Part shown: piece by piece, positions 1 to 11,048 of the stretch | Position numbering within the stretch: the stretch's first letter is position 1 | How the letters are laid out: every line of letters starts with the position of its first letter | Source: Octopus sinensis | Taxonomy: Eukaryota | NCBI RefSeq assembly: GCF_006345805.1 | Contig: NW_021837042.1 | Span: forward strand, 1-64,000 | Direction: 5' to 3' | DNA: 64,000 bases | Notes under the pieces: generated by a model | What the model was told of the DNA's origin: nothing | The model's database searches: none | The model's input: only the letters and a program-made list of their open reading frames with translations | Position numbers and translations under genes: made by a program

Positions 1-136
1 TTTTTATAAAAACATATAGCTAGATCACAAAAAGTATAGAAATAAAAAAATCAATATTACTTATTACTTATTACTTATTATATATTGATTATTCATTTTT
101 ATACTTTTTGTGATCTAGTTATATGTTTTATAAAAA
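1..136. repeat. Imperfect fold-back (inverted repeat)
   Basis: 1-57 (tttttataaaaaacatatagctagatcacaaaaagtata...) is the approximate reverse complement of 82-136, with a short (ttattac)n loop; may extend beyond the window start. Confidence 0.7.
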
Positions 137-297
137 TATATTTTATTTTTCATTTCTGATTCGGTTTATGTCTAACATTGTTTGAATTGCATAATAGTGG
201 TTTTATCTCTAATTTATATTTTATATATTTATATTGTGAAATTTGATTTAATACTAAATTGAATTTTTCCCTGTAAGTTTGGAGTTATACTCCCTAA

Positions 298-335
<38 letters not shown>

Positions 336-336
<1 letters not shown>

Positions 337-810
337 ATAAATACAGCGTACATTTATACACGTCAGAGGCATCCATCATAGGATTTCTTGCTCGCTAGAG
401 AGGACAGTTAAATTCCAAAACCACTATTAGGGATAAAATTTCGAAGGGAATGAAAAATACAAACATTTGTAGTATTAGCTACCGCCACACATCTATATGA
501 CTTTCATATCCACATTTTTTTATATTCTAATCTAGGAATGCATTCGTTTTGCAAACAGAACCATTGTAATTTGAAAGTGCGTCGTAAAGCTGAAATTTTA
601 GTTTTCATTCCCTTCGAAATTTTGTCCCTAGTAGTGGTTTGGAATTTAACTGTCCTCTCTAGCGTGCTAAGAATCCTATGATGGATGCCTCTGATGTGTT
701 TAAATGTACACTGTATTTATATGAATAATATATAGTCTATTGACTAATTTTTTACACGCTAGGTTACTGGTAATGGAAATTTCAAATATTCAGATTACCC
801 TTGATATTAT
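336..810. mobile_element. Fold-back element with ~120-bp inverted arms, ending in (TA)n
   Basis: Arms 336-456 and 602-722 are reverse complements (e.g. gaggcatccatcatagg / cctatgatggatgcctc). A related copy lies at 48969-49195. Confidence 0.75.
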
Positions 811-910
811 TATAATGATATATATATATATGTATTTATATATATATATATAATATATATATAATAATATATATATATAATAGATATATATATATATATA
901 TATATATATA

Positions 911-1063
911 CCGGAAGTAGTAAACACATAAATGTGAAACAAGGTGGAAAAAAGAGTACTCAAATACCAGTGGTAGAGTAATATGCTTTATTTAAAGCAG
1001 CAGAAATTCAACAAAACCTGTTTTACTCTGAGTTTCCCGTTGCCGTTCATCGGACAGTTTTTG

Positions 1064-1066
<3 letters not shown>
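911..1066 (-). mobile_element. PLE-like terminus with hammerhead-like motif (family F5) between two (TA)n tracts
   Basis: Minus strand reads aaaactgt-CCGATGA-acggcaacgg-GAA-actc.a.gagt-A; second copy at 48285-48330. Confidence 0.5.
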
Positions 1067-1106
<40 letters not shown>

Positions 1107-1110
1107 ATAT

Positions 1111-1316
1111 TACTCTTTACTCTTTTACTTGTTTCAGTCGTATGACTGCGGCCATGCTGGAGCACCGCCTTTAGTCGAGCAAATCGGTCCCGGGACTTAT
1201 TCTTTGTAAGCCCAGTACTTATTCTATCGGTCTCTTTTGCCGAACTGCTAAATGACGGGGACGTAAACACACCAGCATCGGTCGTCAAGCATGCTAGGGG
1301 AACAAACACAGACACA

Positions 1317-1356
<40 letters not shown>

Positions 1357-1528
1357 TATATATATATACGACAGACTTCTTTAAGTTTCCGTCTACCAAA
1401 TCCACTTACAAGGCATTGGTCGGCCCGGGGCTATAGCAGAAGACACTTGCCCAAGATGCCTCGCAGTGGGACTGAACCCGGAACCATGTGGTTGGTTAGC
1501 AAGCTACTTACCACACAACCACTCCTGC
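1111..1528 (-). mobile_element. tRNA-derived SINE family A, full length
   Basis: Head gcaggagtgg..ggttccgggttcagtccc (B-box-like), body ttgggcaagtgtcttct, internal (TA/CA)n, tail ggcggtgctccagcatggccgcagtc..gactgaaacaag + (taaaagag)n; more than 12 copies in the window. Confidence 0.9.
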
Positions 1529-1549
1529 ATTTATATATATATATATATA

Positions 1550-1623
1550 TTTGGTTGACGGAAACTGAAAGAAGGCCGTCGTATATGTGCGTATATATAC
1601 ATACATACATACATATATACATA

Positions 1624-1659
<36 letters not shown>

Positions 1660-1879
1660 TGTATGTATGTATATATACGCACATGTACGTATGTGTGTTT
1701 GTTTTCCCACCATCGCTTGACACCGATGTTGGTGTTCTTACATCCTCGTGACTTAACGGTTCGGCAAAAGATGCAGATTAAATAAGTACTAGACTTACAA
1801 AGAATAAGTCCTGGGGTGGAATTGTTCGACTCAAGCTAGTGCTCCAGTATGACCGCAGTCAAGTGACTGAAACAAGTAA
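1550..1879 (+). mobile_element. SINE-A, 5'-truncated
   Basis: Matches the SINE-A body and tail of 1111-1528 in the opposite orientation. Confidence 0.85.
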
Positions 1880-2048
1880 CGGAATACACTCACACACATA
1901 CATGTATGTATGCATGTTTGTATGTGCGTGTGTGTGTACGTATGCATGTGTCTGTTTGTGTATATGTATACATGCATGTATGTGTGTGTATGTACGTATG
2001 TATGTATGCAGGCATGTATGTATGTATGTATGTATGTATGTATGTATG

Positions 2049-2079
<31 letters not shown>

Positions 2080-2494
2080 GGCGGCGAGCTGGCAGAATCG
2101 TTAGCACGCCCGGCGAAATGCTTGGCGGTATTTCGTCTGCCGCTACGTTCTGAGTTCAAATTCCGCCGAGGTCGACTTTGCCTTTCATTCTTTCGGGGGT
2201 CGATTAAATAAATACCAGTTACGCAATGGGGTCGATATAATCGACTTAATTCACTTGTCTGTCCTTGTTTGTCCCCTCTGTGTGTAGCCTCTTGTTGGTA
2301 GTAAAGAAATAGGTATTTCGTCTGCCGTTACGTTCTGAGTTCAAATTCCGCCGGGTCGACTTTGCCTTTCATCCTTTCGGGGTCGATTAAGTAAGTACCA
2401 GTTACGCACTGGGGTCGATATAATCGACTTAATCCCTTTGCCTGTCCTTGCTTGTCCACGCTATGTTTAACCCCTTGTGGGCATTAAATAAATA
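2080..2494 (+). mobile_element. tRNA-derived SINE family B, dimeric copy
   Basis: Head ggcggcgagctggcagaatcgttagc, B-box gagttcaaattcc, body gcctttcatcctttcggggtcgat..agtaccag; second unit starts at the gaaata|ggtatttcg junction (2311/2312). Confidence 0.9.
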
Positions 2495-2540
2495 GCATGT
2501 ATGTATTTATGTATGTATGCATGTCCGATTATTTCTATGT

Positions 2541-2977
2541 CCCCGCGCATGATACGGCCTTAAGCCTTAAGAAAAGGCTTCCAGAAGGGAAGGGTCTTCC
2601 TTTGATGCTGACATGCAATGTCTGTGCAAGACCCTGGCTCAGTAAAGCTGGACTCAAGAGTCATCTTCTTAGTCATAAAACGAGACAGATGAGTGACAAC
2701 CTGGCCACTGGTGGTGGTGGTGTTACACACCATACTAATCATATCTGTCGGGCATGTGGAAGAGAGTGTAATTCGACAGGACTTAAACGACATGCAAAGG
2801 TACATGAAGCCCAGTTACAACTACAGCCGGCTATTACCAGTAAAGGTTTTAGTTGCCAATTTTGTACAAGACATTGTAGACCTTTAGCTGGGCTAAAAAG
2901 TCACATTCGATCACAGCACCAGTAACAGTTAAGCTTCGTGCAATGGCCATACTCGATAACGAGGGGGCAGCCATCAT
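2541..2977 (+). mobile_element. RTE-clade LINE 3' end with three C2H2-type fingers
   Basis: ORF 2497-2925 ends in CNVC..GLKSHLLSH, CRAC..GLKRHAKVH, CQFC..GLKSHIRSQH (the CxxC..GLxSH style of RTE ORF C-termini), followed by a short 3'UTR with hairpin ctcg-ataa-cgag and cat repeats. Confidence 0.7.
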
Positions 2978-3228
2978 GTATGCATGTATGTATGTGCGCG
3001 CGCGCGTGCATGTACAAAATGTTTAAGGAAAGAATTGATCATACTACGGCTAATATCAGAATATACTTTTCTGAAGAAATTGTGCAGTGGGGTCACATGC
3101 GGAACCCGGAGCTTGCGTCATCTTTTCTAGAATTTGTGAGCAATTGCTTTGAAATAGAGCTTATGGCTACATATGTACATAGATATGGTGCCAATAAAGA
3201 CACGGAAATACGGATAACGTGTATGTAT

Positions 3229-3334
3229 CACTTCTTTGTAAGCCTAGTACTTATTCTATCGGTTCTCTTGTGCCAAACCGCTAAGTTACGGGAACGCAAA
3301 CACCAACCAGCATCGGTTGTCGAGCGATGGTGGA

Positions 3335-3374
<40 letters not shown>

Positions 3375-3552
3375 ACAACACACACACACACACACACACA
3401 CAGACACACACAAACACACACACACACAAACAGACACACACAGACACACACAGACACACACAACACCCACAAACACACAACACAGACACAACACACACAC
3501 ACAGACACACAAACACACACACACAGACACACACAAACAAACAAAACACACA

Positions 3553-3597
<45 letters not shown>

Positions 3598-3894
3598 AGA
3601 CACACAGAGACCACAAAACACAAACACACAAACACACACAGACACACACCACACAGAACACACACCCACCACACACACACCCACACAAAAACACACACAC
3701 ATACACGACACACAGAGACACACACAAACCACACACACACAACACACACCACAGACACGCACACACACAACAACCACACACACACACACACAAACACACA
3801 CACATACACAGACACACAGAGACACACCAACACACACACACACACAGAGACTCACACCAACACCACACAACACACACACACACACACACACACA

Positions 3895-3932
<38 letters not shown>

Positions 3933-4088
3933 GGGCTTCTGTTAGTTTCCATCTACCAAATCCACTCGCAAGGATCTGGTCGGCCCGAGGCTAGAGTAGA
4001 AGACACTCGCCCAAGGTACCATGCAGTAGGACTGAACACGGAACCATGTGGTTGGTTAGCAAGCTACGTACCACACAGCCACTCCTGC
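3229..4088 (-). mobile_element. SINE-A with ~600-bp expanded (CA)n-like interior
   Basis: SINE-A tail at 3229-3336 and head at 3930-4088 flank a degenerate CA tract. Confidence 0.85.
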
Positions 4089-4805
4089 GCCTATTATATA
4101 TATATGTGTGTGTTTGTGTGTAGATATATATGTATGAATGTATGTATGTATCTATGTTTGTGTGTAACTATGAAACTAGCAAAAGAGACATATACACACG
4201 CATATATATCAATGTATATGTGGGCGTTTATGGGATTGCTTTTACGTATCAGTGCTAAACACACACACACACACGCACAGAGAATAATAAAAGAAAGAAT
4301 GGAAGCAGGCAATATGTACGAAAGTGGAAGAGTTAAGATCGAGAGAAAATGAACGTTTTAATCAAAGTTTGTAATTAATTATAAGGTGAGTGTGTGGGCA
4401 AGTTGTATGATCAGTGACTGAGTGCATTTCATTCAGACTGAGAATTAAATTAAAAGAGAAATACAAAATGCTTACAAAAGACCCAAAGAAACAAACAAAC
4501 AAACATTAAAATAAAATTTAAAAAAAGCAGCGCAAAAAAAAAAAATATTGCGCATTTTCAATTGTTTACGACGCCCCTGTCGAACAACAACAGAGAAACA
4601 AAGATAATAAGAACGGACTTAGGATATAACAAAGAATGGCAAAATGTTGAGTTCGAAAATATAGGTTCGAGACAAAATATTCTGGAAATTTCTTTTAATA
4701 TTTGAAAATAACGCGAAAGAAAGTGAAGAACTAATCAATTAAATGTTTTGTAAACGTTAAAAAGAAACAATGGTAAATACACACACACAACACACACACA
4801 CACAC

Positions 4806-4849
<44 letters not shown>

Positions 4850-4949
4850 ATGCGTGTGTAACGAAGGAACACAGATTTTATGTTGAGGTAGATACCTTAG
4901 GAGCACTCTGATAAGATCCAGATTTAGTTAACCGTTTCTAATAACAGGA

Positions 4950-5412
4950 AATATGCGAATTAGAAAATAGAATATAGAATATAGAATTAGAATATAGAAT
5001 TAGAATATAGAATTAGAATATAGAATATAGAATATAGAATTAGAAAATGGAATATAGAATATAGAATACAGAATATAGAATACAGAATATATGTTAGAAT
5101 ATAGAATATAGAATTAGAAAATAGAATTAAAATATAGAATTAGAATATAGAATATAGAATACAGAATACAGAATACAGAATATATGTTAGAATATAGAAT
5201 ATAGAATATAGAATATATATTAGAATATAGAATTAGAATATAGAATTAGAATATAGAATTAGAATATAGAATATAGAATATATATTAGAATATAGAATTA
5301 GAATATAGAATATAGAATACAGAATATATATTAGAATATAGAATATAGAATATAGAATATAGAATACAGAATATATATTAGAATATAGAATATATATTAG
5401 AATATAGAATTA
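4950..5412. repeat. AATATAG/AATTAG/AATACAG short-unit satellite
   Basis: Tandem 6-7-nt variants, directly visible. Confidence 0.95.
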
Positions 5413-5616
5413 CGGTTATACTCCTTTCGATTGTTGGAGCCTGAGTATAAGAATATCAATTTTTGGATTGGAATTTTTACTATATTTATTCTAATAGAAA
5501 TCAATTAGAATCACAAAACCTTCACATTTAAGGACTGTAAGACATTAGACAATAAATAAATAAATAAAGAAAACATTTATAAATTAGAAAATTACTATTT
5601 TTAAATCTCACAACAT

Positions 5617-5830
5617 GAGATATTCAGCAACAGTATTTTGTAGTAAAGATTGTTTGCCAAGATAATATGGCAGTCCTAGTTTAGGACGAATGTTGTTGTA
5701 ACTTAGCCCCAGGAGACAGATCGTGTCGTATAGCCAGCTAGAGACAATGTCTCCTGGGGCTAAATTACAGCAACATTCGTCCTAAACCAGGACTGCCATG
5801 TTATGTTGGCAAACAATCTTTACTACAAAA
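5617..5830. mobile_element. Fold-back MITE, ~84-bp arms, 29-nt spacer
   Basis: ttttgtagtaaagattgtttgcc...ggagaca and tgtctcc...ggcaaacaatctttactacaaaa; second, interrupted copy at 29781-30102. Confidence 0.85.
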
Positions 5831-6090
5831 ATTAAACATGTTCCGGAATTTTATATCTGAAAGATTTTAATTAAAGATGTTTAAATTTTCCATTCTTTAT
5901 TATGTCTTTCAGAATTGATGAGATTAAATCAGACCCAATCCACTGCCTTCCTTTTCGAGGAAGGCAGTGGATTGGAGATCTCTATGAATTTATCATGATA
6001 TTATTATAGTATTGTATACAAATTATATATTATATTAAATATCAAATGATTCGTAGTATATATAAAGTAAAAAAATATAATAATAATAAT

Positions 6091-6341
6091 AAATGTGCCC
6101 TTTTAAAGCCTAGCCAGGCTCATGGGCCCGGTTTCCCGGTTTCAATGGCGTATGTGTTCCCCAGCGGGACGGGACGCCAGTCCATCGCAGCGTTACTCAT
6201 TGTTGCCAGCTGAGTGGACTGGAGCAACGTGAAATGAAGTGTTTTGCTCAAGAACACAACGCAACGCCCGGTCCAGGAATCGAAACCACAATCTTACGAT
6301 CAAGATGCTGACACCCTAACCACTTAGCCACGCACCTCCAC
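6091..6341 (-). mobile_element. tRNA-derived SINE family C (tail type 1)
   Basis: Head gtggaggtgcgtggctaagtggttagg..tttcgattcc, body ttgagcaaaacacttcatttcacgttgctccagtccactcagctgg, tail tgcgatggactggcgtcccgtcc..(att)n. Confidence 0.85.
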
Positions 6342-6439
6342 ATATATGAATTAGTAAAATATAAAATATTTATTTATACATAAAAATAGTGGAGGGTTGT
6401 GCTGAGGGTATTATGTGGCCATGAGGGGGGTACGGTGGC

Positions 6440-6459
6440 CCAAAACGTTTGAGAACCTC
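6440..6459. mobile_element. Isolated hAT-like terminal inverted repeat end
   Basis: tttgagaacctctg is the reverse complement of cagaggttctcaaa, typical of hAT-Charlie-type ends; no partner end found. Confidence 0.3.
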
Positions 6460-6566
6460 TGATATAGATTATTATCGAAAAGCCGTCCGACAGCATGTAT
6501 AGCGAGGCAGCCAACATACTAAGGCAGTATATCAACATCTTCATGCCAAAATGAAAAATATCAAGA

Positions 6567-6596
6567 ACTAGCAGTATAACCCGGCTTTGCCTGGGA
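6567..6596 (-). mobile_element. Isolated Helitron 3' terminus
   Basis: Minus strand cccaggcaaagccgggttatactgCTAGT: hairpin plus CTAG end, similar to the Helitron ends at 22516 and 34639. Confidence 0.65.
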
Positions 6597-6601
6597 TTAA
6601 A

Positions 6602-6757
6602 CCTCTGTAACTTAGCAGTTCGGCGAAAGAGACCGATAGAATAAGTACTAGGCTTACAAAGAATAACTCCTGGTGTTGATTTGTTCGACTAACGGCGGTG
6701 CTCCAACATGGCCGCTGTCAAATGACTGAAATAAATAAAAGGAAAAGAATAAAAGAA
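6602..6757 (+). mobile_element. SINE-A tail fragment
   Basis: Matches the SINE-A 3' half. Confidence 0.85.
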
Positions 6758-6807
6758 TATTTATCAGGTGAAAAGTAAAAAAAACAAAACAACCAACTTG
6801 AAATTAC

Positions 6808-6882
6808 CTGGTAACAGGATCCGTTGGGATGGTTTGTGACACGGGACGTGATTGCTTCAGAGTTCTAAGTCTTAAGCCAAAG
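6808..6882 (-). CDS. Candidate host-gene exon (75 bp, phase 2-2)
   Basis: Acceptor gtCTAATctgttttctCAG, donor cag|GTAATT; one open frame FGLRLRTLKQSRPVSQTIPTDPVT; joins in frame to 6997-7022. Confidence 0.45.
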
Positions 6883-6996
6883 CTGAGAAAACAGATTAGA
6901 CATCTTTGTGCCGCGGCAAGTTAGTCATTAGCGGTTTAGTGAGATGGTACAAACATGGACAGCGAAAGGTTTCTGAACTTAAATACCTGGACTTAC

Positions 6997-7022
6997 ACTG
7001 CGGCATGCTTGCACTCAGAGAA
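6997..7022 (-). CDS. Candidate host-gene microexon (26 bp)
   Basis: Acceptor gcagttttctttCAG, donor GTAAGT; FSECKHAA+V continues in frame into 6808-6882 across a 114-bp intron. Confidence 0.45.
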
Positions 7023-7190
7023 CTGAAAGAAAACTGCACGAAATATACAAGCAATCAACAATCGAAAAAAATTTACTAGTAAATAATTTGATAGTTCGGT
7101 CGCAAAATATAGATGAAAAATATACAGGGTGGTCCGAAAGACTTGTTACCCCCTACCAAAATATAATGAGAACAATGGAAGAACAAGTAG

Positions 7191-7485
7191 TACAGAACTA
7201 TATTTAAGAGATGAGGAATTATGAACATTATTTACATTATTTACATTCTGTACATTTATACCACTGGAAAATACGAAAACTAAAAGAAGCCGCACATATG
7301 CTAGGACACAACAACCTCCTATGCAGACCGGGTGCAGATATAAGCAGTATATGGGAACCGGTATTAAGAAAGGATAGAAAAATATTAGATTTATAAGCCC
7401 TAAAATTCACTCCATAATTGCCCACGTAGTGGTTAAGAGTGCGGGCTACTAACCGCAAGATTCCGAGTTCGATTCCAGGTAGCGA

Positions 7486-7516
<31 letters not shown>

Positions 7517-7670
7517 GATAATAATAATAATAATGACAATATCGAAAAATTCGTTAGGAATGAGAACCCAGGTTCGATATTTCCCCAAGGCACTTGAAGA
7601 AGGCTGGAGGGTATATCAGCTAAAACGCTGTGTTAACAAGATGAGGGCAAATCCCCATCAAATGTAATGT
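7191..7670 (+). mobile_element. Penelope-like element fragment (family F1): inverted tail, GIY-YIG C-terminus, tRNA-like cassette, (AAT)n, decayed hammerhead
   Basis: WKIRKLKEAAHM..ISSIWEPVLRK* (7255-7396) resembles PLE endonuclease C-termini; tRNA-like 7420-7487; hammerhead remnant 7586-7634; inverted tail 7191-7247. Confidence 0.75.
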
Positions 7671-7699
7671 ACAAGTACAGTAATCCAAAGCACGATTTC

Positions 7700-8200
7700 G
7701 AATTAGTTTATTCACTTTCATTGACGCTGTCACACATCGAGAAGGTCTGTGTGAAACCATCATTTTCGTGGCACAAAATGATGCAGCGCCATGTCCCGTG
7801 TGATATTTTTCGAGGCTGTGTTTTAGTGCGTGGTGCAAAGGCTCTCCGAACGGCGTCCTTCAACTGATGGGTATTCTGGTATCGTTCATGTGAACTTCTC
7901 TCCTTGATAATACCCAACAGAGCGTTATAGCAAGACGTGAGGTCTGGGCTTCTGGGAGGCCCAATCGACAGGTGCTGGAAGTTATTGCGATCCTCGCCCT
8001 ATCCATCTATCCCGAAAAACTTTATTTAGGTATTCCCGGACAGTGATAGCATAGTGCGGTCGGGCACCATCTTGTTGGAACCAACAATCACTCAGGACAA
8101 CATTCAACATCTGGAGCTGTGGAACAAACCACTCCCTTAGCAGGGCCAAGTAAGGTTGCTGGTTAACAGTGCCCTCGAAAAAATAGGGTGCTATCAGGTT
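7700..8200 (-). pseudogene. Degenerate DDD transposase C-terminal half
   Basis: Manual translation: PYFFEGTVN..WFQQDGARPHYA..VREYLN..RWIGRG..W/PPRSPDLTSC..LGIIKER..TWRCIILCHENDG, with one stop and one frameshift. Confidence 0.85.
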
Positions 8201-8835
8201 CTTACTTGTGTGTTAATGTGTGTATCAGACCCAATCCGCTGCCTGGCAGTGGGTTGGAGGTCGCTATGAATTTATTATGATATTATAGTATTGTATTATG
8301 GCGGTCCAAATCATTACCTGTGTGTGTGTGTGTGGGGGGGGGGGGTTATAAAAAAAGGCTGATAATAATGACAATAATAAACAATATGTAGGGGGTAACA
8401 AGACCTTCGGACCACCCTGTAGTTAATAGCTCCATCCGTCCGTCCATCCGTCCTGCATTCCATGATGTTGTTGGATGTTGTGCTTTTCCAGGTGCTGAGC
8501 TTCAGGCCCACCGACTTTTGCGGGTTAATTTTTGCTCCTGTCACGGCTTATTATCGATAATACGTCGGACCAGCGCCCCACGACTAATTCATACACACAC
8601 ATACACGCACACACAAATATACACACACAATAACACTCATACACGCGCATGTACACACATATACACTTCCTTAGATACGCACACTCTCACGTGCACCCAC
8701 TCACGCACATACATACACAGTCACATACACACGCACGCTAACACACCCACGCACACACACATGCCACATACACACTGGCGCACGCATACACACATTAACA
8801 TACTCTCACATACACCCTCATACACACACTATTAT

Positions 8836-9180
8836 GTATTTCGTTTGCCGCTACGTTCTGAGTTCAAATTCCGCCGAGGTTGACTTTGCCTTTCATCCTT
8901 TCGGGGTCGATAAATTAAGTACCATTTACGGACTGGGGTTGATGTAATCGACTTAATCCGTTTGTTTGTCCTCTCTGTGTTTAGCCCCTTGTGGGTAGTA
9001 AAGAAATAGGTATTTCGTCTGTCTTTACATTCTGAGTTCAAATTCCGCCGAGGTCGACCTTGCCTTTCATCCTTTCGCGGTCGATAAATTAAGTACCAGT
9101 TACGCACTGGGGTCGATCTAATCGTCTGCGCTCCCTCCCCCAAAATTTCGGGTTCTGTGTCTAGAGTAGAAAAGATTACG
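8836..9180 (+). mobile_element. SINE-B, headless dimer
   Basis: Starts at gtatttcg, has an internal gaaata|ggtatttcg junction, and ends in tail type 2 (tcccccaaaatttcggg..agtagaaaagatt). Confidence 0.9.
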
Positions 9181-9519
9181 CACGCATTCACACTAACAGA
9201 CACACACACACAAACACATACACACTAACATACACACGCACTATACACAAATATACTCACATACACTATTATACACACGCTAACACACACTCGTATAAAC
9301 ACATACACACTCATATAAATACACTCACATACATACATTCACACTAGCACACGCAGTCACACTCGTATAAACACACACACACTCACATACGCGCTCACAC
9401 GCTCATCATAACGCATTGGGTTCTTTTGGTTTGGTGCCAATCTAACGCTGAATCAGATTACCAGTGAATCAAAAGAGTTAATTGATAGTTACTTGAGCGA
9501 ATGAGTAGTGCTGGCTTCC

Positions 9520-9842
9520 GTGAATGCGCGTGGCTCAGTGGTTAGGGCATTCGGCTCATGATCGTAAGGTTGTGAGTTCGATTCCCGGCGGAGCGTTGTG
9601 TCCTTGAGCAAGACACTTTATTTCATGTTGCTCCAGTCCACTCAGCTGGTAAAAATGAGTAGTACCTATATTTCAAAGGGCCAGCCTTGTCACACTCTGT
9701 GTCACCTTAAATCTCCCCGAGAACTACGTTAAGGTTACACGTGTCTGTGGAGTGCTCAGCCACTTGCACGTTAAATTCACGAGCAGGCTGTTCCGTTGAT
9801 TCGGATCAACTGGGACCCTCGTCGTCGTAATCGACGGAGTGT
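9520..9842 (+). mobile_element. SINE-C (long tail type 2)
   Basis: Same head and body as 6091-6341; tail ends gaccctcgtcgtcgtaatcgacggagtg. A deleted copy follows at 9980-10143. Confidence 0.85.
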
Positions 9843-10354
9843 TCGGCTATATATATATACATGCACTATATATATATATATATATATCTATATATATATA
9901 TATATATATATATATGGTGTGTGTGTGTGTTGTGCGTGCGTGTGAGTGTGTGTGTCTGCGTGTGTGTGTGTGTGTGAGTGTGAAGGCCCGTGGTTTAGTG
10001 GTTAGGGCATTCGGCTCAAGATCGTAAGGTCGTGAGTTCAATTTCCGGCGACTCATCGTGTCCTTGTGCAAGACACTTTATACGAGAAAGCTGTTCCGTT
10101 GATCATATCAGCTGGGACCCTCGTCGTCGTAACCGACGGAGTGCTTCTACAGATCTGGCTTCTGACACACGCTCGACAAGGGGTTGGACGATGTTATACA
10201 TCAACAATAACGTCTCTTAATTGCTTCGGTATCGTTGAATGGAACTCGTATCATTTTGTTTGGTGGCCCACGAAGAATTCTTTCGTATTTATTTTCTTTG
10301 AGACGTCGTGAACTTGTGTCCCTCATTGTTGCTTTTGTCGAATAATCTATTCTA

Positions 10355-10620
10355 TTTTTATTTCTCTTATTTTTGTACGTGTTTCAGTCATTTGACTGCG
10401 GCCGTGTTGGAGCATTGCCTTGAAAATTTTTAGTCGAACGAACCGGCCGCAGGGCTTGTTTTTATTTTAAGCCTAGTACATGTTTTATCGGTCTCTTTTG
10501 CCGCACTGCTAAGTTAGGGGACCGTCAACACACCAATACCGGTTGTCAAGCGTTGGTGGGGGACAAACACAGAAACAAAGGGACACACTTAGTTCATACA
10601 TACATACATACATCTACAAG

Positions 10621-10661
<41 letters not shown>

Positions 10662-10810
10662 CACACACAATACATATATATACAATGAGTTTCTTTGAGT
10701 TTCTGTCAACCAAATCCACTCGAGGTTATAATAGAAGACACTTGCCCAAGATGTCACGCAGTAAGACTGAACCCGGAACCATATAATTGGGAAGGAAGCT
10801 TCTTACCATA
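10355..10810 (-). mobile_element. SINE-A, head cut by the adjacent PLE
   Basis: SINE-A tail, body and partial head. Confidence 0.85.
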
Positions 10811-10998
10811 CAGTTCTATATTTAAGAGATGAGGAATTATGTACATTATTTACATTATTTACATTTGATGGATATTTGTCCTCATCTTGTTGTTAACACA
10901 ACGTTTCGGCTGATACACCCTCCAGCCTTCATCAGGTCTCTTGGGGAAATTTCGAACCTGGGTTCCCATTCCTAACGTATTTTTCGATATTATTATTA

Positions 10999-11048
<50 letters not shown>

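Larger units (their letters stand above)
7125..8419 (-). mobile_element. Tc1/mariner-superfamily element, internally deleted, interrupted by a PLE
   Basis: 32-bp TIRs cagggtggtccgaa(a/g)g(a/t)cttgttaccccctac, flanked by TA on both sides. Confidence 0.9.

Noticed and set aside
4867-5440. Further minus-strand microexon candidates (KRLTKSGSYQSAPK; APTIERSIT)
   Set aside because: Moderate splice sites and phase incompatible with the better-supported 6808-6882 exon.
7420-7487. tRNA gene, and likewise the tRNA-like heads at 2080, 9520, 37860 and 54142
   Set aside because: No complete acceptor stem; they are embedded in repeats and are SINE or PLE components.
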